Assembly: GCA_039191605.1 (NCBI GenBank)
Contig: JBCCXL010000025.1
Coordinates: 2,074 to 66,073 of the forward strand
Length of the DNA stretch: 64,000 bases
Reading direction: 5' to 3'
DNA from: Acidobacteriota bacterium
GTDB taxonomy: Bacteria; Acidobacteriota; Thermoanaerobaculia; Multivoradales; JAHZIX01
Made by a program: the position numbers and the translations under genes. Below, piece by piece: positions 44,224 through 52,978 of this stretch (its first letter is position 1; each line of letters opens with the position of its first letter). The notes below the pieces were generated by a model. The model saw nothing but the letters and a program-made list of their open reading frames with translations, did not search any database and had not been told where the DNA came from.

Positions 44224-45998
44224 CCCTCTGCCTCCTCGTACATCTGATCGACGACGTCACCGAACTTGTCGTTGATGATCCGCCGCTTGATCTTCAGGGT
44301 CGGGGTGAGCTCGCCACCCTCGATGGTCCACTCCTCCGGCAGCAGGTGGAAGATGCCCACCCGCTCGTACTTCGCCAGCTTGCCGTTGACCTTGCGGATC
44401 TCGCCGTCGATCAGCTCCCGCACCCGGTCGTCGGTGGCGAGGGCGGCGTCATCGCTGCTGTCGATGCCCTGCTTCTGGGCCCAGGGCTTGAGGTTCTCGA
44501 GATCCGGAACCACCAGCGCCGAGAGGAATTTCCGGCGGTCGCCGATGACCATCACCTGGTTGATGTAGGGGCTGCTCTTCAAGGCATTCTCGATCGGCGC
44601 CGGGGCAACGTTTTTGCCGTAGGCGTTGACGATGATCTCCTTCTTGCGATCGGTGATGCGAAGGTAGCCCTCGTCATCGATCACGCCGATGTCGCCGGTG
44701 TGGAACCAGCCGTCGTCGTCGATGGCCTCGGCGGTGGCGTCGGGAAGGTTGTGATAGCCCTTCATGATGTTCGGGCCCTTGGCGAGGATCTCGCCGTCCT
44801 CGGCGATCTTCAGGGTGACGATGTCGATGGCCCGCCCGACGCTGCCGAGCTTGGTGTGCCCCGGGGCGTTGACGGTGAGCACCGGAGAGGTCTCCGACAG
44901 GCCGTAGCCCTCGAAGATGCTGATGCCCGCTCCCCAGAAGAACTCTGCGACCTCCCGCGATAGCGGGGCTCCGCCGGAGCAGGCCATGCGGAAGCGGCCG
45001 CCGAGGCGGTCCCTGAGCTTGCCGAACACCAGCTTGTCGGCGATCAGCAGCTGAATGCCCAGAAGGCCCGGGGGGGTCTTGTTCTTCAGGCGGTAGGGCA
45101 GGGTCTTGCGCCCTACGCCGACGGCCCAATGGAAGATCTTCTGGCGCAGCGGCGGCGCCTGGGCGATGTTCTCCATCACCTTGCCGAGGATCTTCTCGTA
45201 CACCCGGGGGACGGAAACGAAGACGTGGGGCCTCACCTCGCCCATGTTCTGCGCCACGTGGGCCACCGACTCGGCGTAGGCGATGGTCACCCCGCAGTAG
45301 AAGTAGATGTAGCTGACGGTGCGCTCGAAGGAGTGGGAGAGGGGCAGGAAGGAGAGGGCGGTGAAATGCGGCTCGATGCCCAGGTAGTCGAGGGAGGAGA
45401 GAGCGTTGGAGATGATGTTGTGATGGGTGAGCATCACGCCCTTGGGGTTGCCGGTGGTGCCGCTGGTGTAGATGAAGGTGGCCAGATCTTCCGGCTCTAC
45501 CGCCCGGCTATTGGCCTCGAATTCCTCCGCCGTGGCCCCAGCGCCGGCCTCGATCCAGTCGTCCAGGGTCTCGACTCCTTCTTCTCCCTCGCTGTCGCCG
45601 ATGAGCACCAGGCGCTCGAGGGCGGGAAGCTCCTGTACCTGGAGGCCGCGATAGCGCTCGAAGCCCTCGGCGAAGACGATCTTGGTACTCGCGTCATTGG
45701 CGATGTAGGCCGCCTGGTCCGGCGTCAGGGTGGGGTAGATGGGCACTACCACCGCGCCGAGGCTCAGGGTGGCGAAGTCGATGATGGGCCAATGGGGCCC
45801 GTTTTCGGCCATCAGACCGACGCAATCCCCCTTCTGCACTCCGGCGTCCGCAAGGGCCTTGGCCAAACGCTGTACCGAATCCACCATCTCGGCGGTGGAG
45901 ATGGGGCGATATTGGCCGTCCACCTTGTGGAGCAGGCAATCGGGCTTCTGGTTCTTGGCGTTGACCAGGAACAGCTCGGGGATCGTACGAATGGCCAT
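44220..45998 (-). CDS. fadD: long-chain fatty-acid-CoA ligase (AMP-forming)
   Basis: AMP-binding motif YTSGTTGNPKGVMLTHHN; GWFHTGDIGVIDDEGYLRITDRKKEIIV. Confidence 0.9.
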   Translation of the reverse strand: MAIRTIPELFLVNAKNQKPDCLLHKVDGQYRPISTAEMVDSVQRLAKALADAGVQKGDCVGLMAENGPHWPIIDFATLSLGAVVVPIYPTLTPDQAAYIANDASTKIVFAEGFERYRGLQVQELPALERLVLIGDSEGEEGVETLDDWIEAGAGATAEEFEANSRAVEPEDLATFIYTSGTTGNPKGVMLTHHNIISNALSSLDYLGIEPHFTALSFLPLSHSFERTVSYIYFYCGVTIAYAESVAHVAQNMGEVRPHVFVSVPRVYEKILGKVMENIAQAPPLRQKIFHWAVGVGRKTLPYRLKNKTPPGLLGIQLLIADKLVFGKLRDRLGGRFRMACSGGAPLSREVAEFFWGAGISIFEGYGLSETSPVLTVNAPGHTKLGSVGRAIDIVTLKIAEDGEILAKGPNIMKGYHNLPDATAEAIDDDGWFHTGDIGVIDDEGYLRITDRKKEIIVNAYGKNVAPAPIENALKSSPYINQVMVIGDRRKFLSALVVPDLENLKPWAQKQGIDSSDDAALATDDRVRELIDGEIRKVNGKLAKYERVGIFHLLPEEWTIEGGELTPTLKIKRRIINDKFGDVVDQMYEEAEG

Positions 45999-46250
45999 TG
46001 AGATCGACTCCTTGCTTAATCTGGATGTCTCCGCGCCGGCCGCCGATGGGTGTCCCGGTGCACTGCTAGCGGAGGGCCTGCTCCTCGCCGTCGGAGGTGC
46101 TGTGCGGCGTTCTGCCCGAAAGATCCCGCTCGGGACTTGAGAAGGATCGCGGGAGAGAGGGGTAGAGTTTATATACTCCCGTCGTTTGCGGCATGCCGCA
46201 GTGCGACAAAGTTCCCCTGAAAGCGCCCTCGAGGCGCAGGAGATGCTCCA

Positions 46251-48230
46251 GTGGCCGATTCATCTTCCGCTCCCAACTCTCTCCCCCAGATGCGCGAGGC
46301 CCTCGATCGACTGGATCGCGAGTTCATCGAGCTACTGGCCAAGCGAATGCGCCTGGTCTCCGATGTGGCGGCCCTCAAGCGTCAGCAGCCGGATGTCCCG
46401 CTGCGGGACGAGGGCCGAGAGCGGCAGATTTTCGAGGTGTGGGCTCAGGAAGCGCGCTCCCACGGGCTCTCTCCCTACTTTGTCGGTCGACTGTTGCGGG
46501 AGCTGCTGAATTACTCCCGCCGTGATCAAGAGCGCCACCTAGATCGCGCCGAGGCGACTTCCCAAGCGGCGTTGCGGGTGGGTTACCAGGGAGCGCCGGG
46601 GAGCTACAGCGATCTCGCCGTGGGCAAGCTCTTCGCCGCCCGCTCGGTGGATCGTCTGGAGCGGGTGGGATTCGATACTTTCCGCGAGGCGGTGGAGGCG
46701 GTGGAGAGCGGCCGCGTGGAATATTCCCTGCTGCCCATCGAGAACACCATCGTCGGCGGCATCTACGAGGTCTACGATCTGCTGGCGGATCGTTCCCTCT
46801 CCCTGGTGGGAGAGGAGGTGTGGCCGGTGGAGCACTGCCTGGTGGGGCTGCCGGGAACCCGTCCGGAAGCGCTGCGGGTGATCCGCTCCCATCCGGTGGC
46901 CCTGCAGCAATGCGAGCGCTTCCTGCGCTCCCTGGTGGGGGTGCGTCAGGAGAGCTGGTTCGATACCGCCGGGGCGGCGCAGGCGGTGGCGGAAGCCGGC
47001 GACCCGGGGCTTGCGGCGATCTCGTCCGAAGAGGCGGCCCACGCCTGGAATCTGCAGATCCTGCGCCGCGACGTGGCGGATCACCGCCGCAACCTGACCC
47101 GCTTCCTGCTCATCGGCCGCAAGGCGGAGGAGCCGGACCCGAGGCAGCCGGCCAAGACCTCGCTGCTGCTGGTGGTCGCCCATCAGCATGGCGCGCTGGC
47201 CCGCTGCCTGCGGGTCTTCGACAGCCACGGCATCAATCTCACCAAGCTCGAGAGCCGGCCGCTGCCGGAAACTCCCTGGGCCTACCGCTTCTACATCGAT
47301 CTCGAGGGGCGGGCCCAAGACCACAAAGTGGTGGAGGCCATCGCCCAGCTCAAGCCCTTCTCTACCCGGCTGGAGATCCTCGGCTCCTACACCCGCCGCG
47401 CCGGGGGCTTTGAGGACGCGCCGGTACCGGCGCCGCCCTTAGCGGTGGAGGACGAGGAAGAGTCGACCTCCGTCGCCCGCCGAGTGGTGAGCGTCGGGGA
47501 CGTGGTGCTGGGGGGCGGGGCCTTCGGCCTCTGCGTCGGCGCCGCTCGGGGGGCTCGCCGCCGGGAGCTGGCCCGTCTGGCGTCGGTGGCCCGGGAATGT
47601 GGTGCCCTGGGGCTGGTGGCCGGACCGATGAGCGGCGAGGGCTCCCTGGTGCAGCAGCTGGAGCTGGTGCAGGAGGTCACCCACGCCTATGAGCTGCTCT
47701 CGGTAGTGGCGGTGGATCGCGCCGAAGACGTGCCGAGCATCGCGGCTCAGGCCAACGTGCTGCGAATCCCCGGGCACCAGATGGCCAGCGTCGCCCTGCT
47801 GGAGGCGGTGGGGCGCAGCGGGCGGGCGGCGCTATTGGAGCGCGGTCCTTCCGCCACGGTGGAGGATCTGCTGGCGGCGGCGGCGGTCTTCGAGGCCACC
47901 GGCAATCATCAGCTGATCCTGGTGGAGAGCGGCATTCGTACCTTCGAGACCGCCACCCGCAGCACGGTGGACGTCGGCGCGGTGGCGGTGCTGCGGCAGC
48001 GCTGTGATCTGCCGGTTTGGGTGGCCCCCGGCGCCGCCGGGGAGGCGGCCCTGATCGAGCCTCTGGCCCTCGCCGCCGCTGCTGCCGGAGCCGATGGGCT
48101 GCTGCTGGAGTGGGCTTCGGAGGAGAGCCCCGAGGCATTGGATCCCGAGCAGCCCTCTCCCTTCGAGCGCCAGCTGCCGGTGATCGCCGCCCGTCTCGCG
48201 CCGGTGCTGGCGGCCTTGGGCAAGACCTGA
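46251..48230 (+). CDS. pheA: chorismate mutase / prephenate dehydratase (P-protein, with ACT) fused to a C-terminal DAH7P-synthase-like domain
   Basis: CM_2 (REALDRLDREFIELLAKRMRLV...), PDT (RVGYQGAPGSYSDLA...), ACT (TSLLLVVAHQHGALARCLRVFDSHGINLTKLESRP). A ~250-aa domain with GIRTFETATRSTVD and AAGADGLLLEW follows. The real start may be ATG 46290. Confidence 0.85.
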   Translation: MADSSSAPNSLPQMREALDRLDREFIELLAKRMRLVSDVAALKRQQPDVPLRDEGRERQIFEVWAQEARSHGLSPYFVGRLLRELLNYSRRDQERHLDRAEATSQAALRVGYQGAPGSYSDLAVGKLFAARSVDRLERVGFDTFREAVEAVESGRVEYSLLPIENTIVGGIYEVYDLLADRSLSLVGEEVWPVEHCLVGLPGTRPEALRVIRSHPVALQQCERFLRSLVGVRQESWFDTAGAAQAVAEAGDPGLAAISSEEAAHAWNLQILRRDVADHRRNLTRFLLIGRKAEEPDPRQPAKTSLLLVVAHQHGALARCLRVFDSHGINLTKLESRPLPETPWAYRFYIDLEGRAQDHKVVEAIAQLKPFSTRLEILGSYTRRAGGFEDAPVPAPPLAVEDEEESTSVARRVVSVGDVVLGGGAFGLCVGAARGARRRELARLASVARECGALGLVAGPMSGEGSLVQQLELVQEVTHAYELLSVVAVDRAEDVPSIAAQANVLRIPGHQMASVALLEAVGRSGRAALLERGPSATVEDLLAAAAVFEATGNHQLILVESGIRTFETATRSTVDVGAVAVLRQRCDLPVWVAPGAAGEAALIEPLALAAAAAGADGLLLEWASEESPEALDPEQPSPFERQLPVIAARLAPVLAALGKT

Positions 48231-48262
48231 GTCTGGCGGGTTTCCGCTCAGCTGATTCCGGC

Positions 48263-49483
48263 TCAGCTGGCGTACAGCTGGAGCTCCGACCCCACTCGAT
48301 CCGCCAGGCCGCAGGCGATCTCCAGATTGGGATGGCGCACGAAGAGCCAGCCGTCGGAGAGCAGGGTCGCCTTCCAGTTGCGCCGCGGATGCCCCAGCGG
48401 CAGCAGGTCCACGCCCACCACGTGCTCGCCGATTTCCGTCAGCAGACGCTGCAGGCCCTCGACTCGGGTGATGCGCCCCTGTCCCTGGGCGCGCTTGAAG
48501 ATCACCGAGGCGTTGTATTTGCGCTCCGTCGGCTGGGTCAGGCGACCGTGGCAGACCGCTTCTGCCCAGCCGACGTAGACGTCCGTGTCGCAGGTGTAGT
48601 TCATCAGATCGACGGAGCGTGCCCCCGGGGGGCGGCCACCGATCTCGCCGAATACCGCCTCGCCGCTGGAGGTGAGAAACCACTCCATATGGGTGAAGCC
48701 GGTGGAGAAGCCCAGGGCCTCGATCACCCGCTCCCCGAGGCGGTGTCCCGCCGCCAGCTCCGGCCGGTCGAGGTTGCGCAGGTTCATCGTCTGCGGGCTG
48801 ATCCACTCCAGGGAGCGGCCGACGAGGACGTTCGGGCGGTACCAAGCGATGTTGCGAAACAGGATCTCGCCGTTGGCGCAGATGGTGTCGAAGGTATATT
48901 CGCGGGCGTCGATGAACTCCTCGACGCTGACCTCCGGGACGTGGCGGATGCTGCTCAGCACCTCTTCCAGCTCGGCGTCGCTCTCCACTCGGTGGGTATC
49001 GGCGCTGCCGGCTCCGGCGATGGGCTTGATGATCAGCGGGTAGCCGATGCGCTCCGCCGCTTCCCGCACGCCCGCGGCGCTCTGCGCCGCGGCGTGGCGG
49101 GGAGTGCGGATGCCGGCGTTGTCGAGGGCCTGCTTCATCGCCTCTTTGTCGCGGAAGAGATGGGTTTGCTGGACCCCCATGCCGGGGAGCCCGAGGGTTT
49201 CCCGCAGCCTCGCGGCGAGCATCATGCCGGGCTCCCACAGACATTCCACCCGATCCACTCCGCCCCGCGGCCGCAGCCAGTCCACCACCGCGCGGGTGAC
49301 CTCCGCCTCGTTCCACAGGTTGGGTACCTGGAGATAGTCCGAGAGGGCGTGGCGGGCGGCCTGGGGGATCATCCCCGAGGGCTGGTCGCCGAGGCCGAAG
49401 ACCCGGGCTCCCACCTGCGCCAGACCGCGGGTGAAGAGGTTCATCTCGGTGGGGAAGCCGGGGGAGATCATCAACACCTTCAT
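48263..49483 (-). CDS. ATP-grasp ligase, L-amino-acid-ligase-like (paralog A)
   Basis: FRDKEAMKQALDNAGIRTP, GYPLIIKPIAGAGSADT, VEEFIDAREYTFD, FTHMEWFL, EIGGRPPG. GGAG Shine-Dalgarno before ATG 49483. Alignable along its length with 49606-50877 and 60347-61567. Confidence 0.8.
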   Translation of the reverse strand: MKVLMISPGFPTEMNLFTRGLAQVGARVFGLGDQPSGMIPQAARHALSDYLQVPNLWNEAEVTRAVVDWLRPRGGVDRVECLWEPGMMLAARLRETLGLPGMGVQQTHLFRDKEAMKQALDNAGIRTPRHAAAQSAAGVREAAERIGYPLIIKPIAGAGSADTHRVESDAELEEVLSSIRHVPEVSVEEFIDAREYTFDTICANGEILFRNIAWYRPNVLVGRSLEWISPQTMNLRNLDRPELAAGHRLGERVIEALGFSTGFTHMEWFLTSSGEAVFGEIGGRPPGARSVDLMNYTCDTDVYVGWAEAVCHGRLTQPTERKYNASVIFKRAQGQGRITRVEGLQRLLTEIGEHVVGVDLLPLGHPRRNWKATLLSDGWLFVRHPNLEIACGLADRVGSELQLYAS

Positions 49484-49605
49484 AGCGGGCTCCGGGAGGT
49501 TGGGGACTCTAGGGGGGAGAAGGAATGTCAGAAGCACGCCGGAAAGGGGCTCGTACTTCTTGTTTCAGGCTTTGGGCTTTGGGCTGCGGGATCGAGGTGG
49601 GGGCG

Positions 49606-50877
49606 TCAGCCGAGCTCCACCTGCACCAGGCTGATCAGTCGGTGCAGGGCCTTTTCTACAACTTCGGTCTCGGGGTGGCGCAGGATCACGAAGCCTTCGC
49701 CCTCGTAGGTGCCGGTGGGGGTCTGGCCTTCCTTCGGCAGGTGCGCCTCCACCACCAGGGAGCCGAGCTCCCGCTGGGCCTGATCAAGGCCGCGGATCGC
49801 TCGCACCCGGCTGCCGCGCCCCTGGCCGCGGAGGAAGGCGGCGCCGGTGGCGTAGCGCCGCGGCGGCAGCCACAGCTGATCGAAGATCGCCAGCCGGGCC
49901 CAGGTGCTCTTGAAGGGAGCGTCGTGGGCCCAGGACAGCAGGGAGGTGATCTGGGCCCCCGGGGGACGGGCACCGACCTCGGAAACCGCTACCGAGCCGT
50001 CGCCGCGGCGGAACCACTCCATGTGGGTCATGCCGGTGCCCATGCCGAGGGCGTCGAGGGCCTGGAATGCCACCGGCCGGAAATCGTCCCAGGCGGGGTC
50101 ATCGAGCTCCCGGGGGAGCAGCACGCACCACTGGATCCATGGGGTCTCCAGCACCTCCAGGGGGGTGGGGCGGTAGTGGCAGACGGAATGCCATAGAGGC
50201 TTGCCCTGGACGCACAGGGTCTCGAAGGAGGATTCTTCCCCCCGCACCCATTCTTCCAGCAGCAGCTCCCGCCCGAGGCCCGGTCGCAGCACCTCGAAGG
50301 AGCGCCGCAGGGCGTCGTCATCCTGCACTCGAAAGGTCGCCTTGGCGCCGGCGCCGGCGGGAGGCTTGACGATCAGTGGATAGCCCACCTCGGCGGCGAA
50401 GGCGAGGGCGGCGGAGACGTCGGTGACCAGCCGATGGCGAGCGCAGGGCACCCCCGCGGCGCGAAAAATCTCCTTCATCCGCGCTTTGTCCCGGAAGCCG
50501 CGGGCGGTCTCGGCGCTCATCCCGTCGATGCCGAGGGTGTCGCGCACCCGGCCGAGGGGAACCTGCAGCTGCTCGAGGGTGCCGAGGAGTCGGTCGACGC
50601 CCCCCAAGACCTTGGTGAGGTAGCGCACCGCCGAGGTCAGCTGCTGGGGATCGAGGGCCTGATCAACCCGGTAATGGGCGACCAGGCGGTGGCGCAGGGC
50701 CGCCGGCAGCTGCTCCACCGGCTGCTGGCTGACCAGGGCGAGGCGTACCCGCGGCAGCGAGGCGGCGGCCTCGATGAAGGCGTTGGTGGTGGGCAGAAAG
50801 AAGGGAGCGACGAAGACGACATTGCGATAATCCCTGGAGGGATCCGAGCCGTCGACGGAGGGTGCGGTATGGGGCAT
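49606..50877 (-). CDS. ATP-grasp ligase, L-amino-acid-ligase-like (paralog B)
   Basis: FRDKARMKEIFRAAGVPCA, GYPLIVKPPAGAGAKAT, MTHMEWFR, EVGARPPG. Divergent from glgA. Confidence 0.8.
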   Translation of the reverse strand: MPHTAPSVDGSDPSRDYRNVVFVAPFFLPTTNAFIEAAASLPRVRLALVSQQPVEQLPAALRHRLVAHYRVDQALDPQQLTSAVRYLTKVLGGVDRLLGTLEQLQVPLGRVRDTLGIDGMSAETARGFRDKARMKEIFRAAGVPCARHRLVTDVSAALAFAAEVGYPLIVKPPAGAGAKATFRVQDDDALRRSFEVLRPGLGRELLLEEWVRGEESSFETLCVQGKPLWHSVCHYRPTPLEVLETPWIQWCVLLPRELDDPAWDDFRPVAFQALDALGMGTGMTHMEWFRRGDGSVAVSEVGARPPGAQITSLLSWAHDAPFKSTWARLAIFDQLWLPPRRYATGAAFLRGQGRGSRVRAIRGLDQAQRELGSLVVEAHLPKEGQTPTGTYEGEGFVILRHPETEVVEKALHRLISLVQVELG

Positions 50878-50956
50878 GGGGAATCTCCCGGAGAGGCGGT
50901 GCGAGGGATGGCATTCCCTACGGCGTGCCGAGTATATGCGGGATAAGATCGAGAGT

Positions 50957-52414
50957 ATGAGCGCTCTGAAACTGTGTTTGCTTTCCGCCGAGATGGTTCC
51001 CTACGCCAAGACCGGTGGCCTCGCCGACGTCACCGCCGGTCTCTCCAGGTTCCTCGCCGCCGAGGGCCACGACGTGAGGGTCTTTCTTCCCTTCTACGAC
51101 GTCATCAAGTCCGCCGGCCGGGACTTCACGCCGGTCTCCTTTCTCACCGACGTACCGGTCACCCTGGGGGGGCGCACCTTTCGCTACACGGTGCGCACCG
51201 ATAGCGCCGGAGAGGGAGATGCGGGGCGCTATTTCATCGATTGCCCCGCCCTCTTCCACCGCGGGGGGATCTACACCGGAGGGCTGGACGACGCCCTGCG
51301 CTTCGCGGTGCTCACCCGCGCCACCATCGAGGCCTGCCAGCGCATGGGTTTCGCCCCGGACGTCTTCCACTGCAGCGATTGGCATACCGCCCTGCTTCCT
51401 CTCTACCTTCGGGTGCACTACGGCTGGGATCGCCTCTTCGCCAACTCCCGGACCCTGCTGACGATCCACAATCTCGGCTATCAGGGAGTGGTCTCCACCC
51501 AGCATCTGAACGCTCTGGATCTCGCCGGCTGCGCCGACATGCTCTACCAGGAAGATCTAGAGGCCGGGCGCCTGAGCTTTCTCAAGACCGGCTTTTTGTA
51601 CGCCGACTTTCTCTCCACCGTCAGCCGCACCTACGCGCGGGAGATTCAGACGCCGGACTTCGGTTTCGGCCTCGACGGCGTGTTGCGGGCGCGCTGGGAT
51701 CATCTGGTGGGCATCGTCAACGGCGTGGACTACGGAGACTGGAATCCGGCGGAGGATCCTCACCTTCCCGCCGCCTACAGCGTCGACGACCTCAGCGGCA
51801 AGGAGCGCTGTAAGCAGTACCTGCTGGAATCCCTGGGGCTGGACTACGACCCGAAGGTGCCGGTCTTCGGCATGGTGACCCGGCTGACTCCGCAAAAAGG
51901 GCTGGATCTTCTGCCGGGACCGGTTTCCGAGCTGCTGGGGGCTCACGACGTTCGCCTGGTGATGCTGGGCTCTGGGGAGCCCCGCTACGAGGCGATGCTG
52001 GCGGACTTCCAGCGCCGCTTTCCTAAAAAAGCCTGCTTCTTCCGCGGCTATAGCGAGCCCTTGGCCCATCTGGTGGAGGCGGGGAGCGATTTCTTCTTGA
52101 TGCCCTCCCGTTATGAGCCCTGCGGCCTGAATCAGATGTACAGCCTGCGCTACGGCACGGTGCCCATCGTGCGAAAGACCGGAGGACTAGCGGATACGGT
52201 GCAGCTCTTCGATCGCCAGCAGGGAGAGGGCACCGGCATCGTCTTCGACCACTTCGACGCCGACGCCCTGCGCTGGGCGCTGCTCTTCGCCCTCGATCTC
52301 TGGCGCCAGCCGGAGGCGCTGGAACAGGCGCGCCGCAACGCGATGAATCAGGACTATTCATGGCAATCCCAGGGACCTCAATACGTCGAGCTCTACCGCC
52401 GCCTGGTCGGCTGA
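50957..52414 (+). CDS. glgA: glycogen (starch) synthase, GT5
   Basis: LKLCLLSAEMVPYAKTGGLADV is the KTGGL motif. The C-terminal GT-B region reads PSRYEPCGLNQMYSLRYGTVPIVRKTGGLADTV. The start could also be ATG 50936. Confidence 0.9.
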   Translation: MSALKLCLLSAEMVPYAKTGGLADVTAGLSRFLAAEGHDVRVFLPFYDVIKSAGRDFTPVSFLTDVPVTLGGRTFRYTVRTDSAGEGDAGRYFIDCPALFHRGGIYTGGLDDALRFAVLTRATIEACQRMGFAPDVFHCSDWHTALLPLYLRVHYGWDRLFANSRTLLTIHNLGYQGVVSTQHLNALDLAGCADMLYQEDLEAGRLSFLKTGFLYADFLSTVSRTYAREIQTPDFGFGLDGVLRARWDHLVGIVNGVDYGDWNPAEDPHLPAAYSVDDLSGKERCKQYLLESLGLDYDPKVPVFGMVTRLTPQKGLDLLPGPVSELLGAHDVRLVMLGSGEPRYEAMLADFQRRFPKKACFFRGYSEPLAHLVEAGSDFFLMPSRYEPCGLNQMYSLRYGTVPIVRKTGGLADTVQLFDRQQGEGTGIVFDHFDADALRWALLFALDLWRQPEALEQARRNAMNQDYSWQSQGPQYVELYRRLVG

Positions 52415-52423
52415 GGCTGCCGG

Positions 52424-52933
52424 TTGCAGATCTACCTGCCGATCTTCGAGACCCTGGACGTCGCTGAGCTGCGCTGGATGGTGGCTGGCGGCTGGGCGGT
52501 TTCTCTTCACGGGGCTCCACGAATGACCGTGGATCTAGATCTCGTCGTGGACCTCGAACCGCCGGCAGGGCAGGAGCTATTGGAGGCGTTTCGTCGTCTC
52601 GGCCTGGTTCCCCAGCTGCCGGTCCCGCCCCAAAACCTGCTGGATGCCAGTCTCCGGCGCCGTTGGCAAGAGGAGCGAGGGCTGCGGGCTTTCTCCTGGT
52701 ACGATGCCGCCAACCCCCTGAGGATTGTCGATTTAGTGCTGGCCCTACCGGCGCCCTTCGAAGACTTGTGGCAGCGGCGAGCGATGTTTTCGGTGCGAGG
52801 TCGCCGGATTGCCGCGGTGAGCCGCAAAGATCTCGTCGCGATGAAAGAGCAGGCCTCTCGACCGCGAGATCTCGAGGACCTTCGTCGCTTGATGCAATCG
52901 AGGGACGATGAACCCGGTGGGCAGCGATCTTAG
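52424..52933 (+). CDS. minimal nucleotidyltransferase-fold protein
   Basis: GGWAVSLHGAPRMTVDLDLVV fits the hG[GS]-x9-13-DxD NTase signature. TTG start 10 nt after the glgA stop. Confidence 0.55.
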   Translation: MQIYLPIFETLDVAELRWMVAGGWAVSLHGAPRMTVDLDLVVDLEPPAGQELLEAFRRLGLVPQLPVPPQNLLDASLRRRWQEERGLRAFSWYDAANPLRIVDLVLALPAPFEDLWQRRAMFSVRGRRIAAVSRKDLVAMKEQASRPRDLEDLRRLMQSRDDEPGGQRS

Positions 52934-52978
52934 GCCAGGGTATGCAAGCCAGGATAGGTAGGCCATGGAGATGGAGTC

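Noticed and set aside
47832-49708. 494-aa (minus, 47832-49316) and 563-aa (plus, 48017-49708) ORFs spanning the pheA 3' end and ATP-grasp A.
   Set aside because: Both are Arg/Gly/Pro/Ala-rich with no motifs. Both overlap frames that carry unmistakable DAH7PS-like and ATP-grasp signatures. They are high-GC shadow ORFs.
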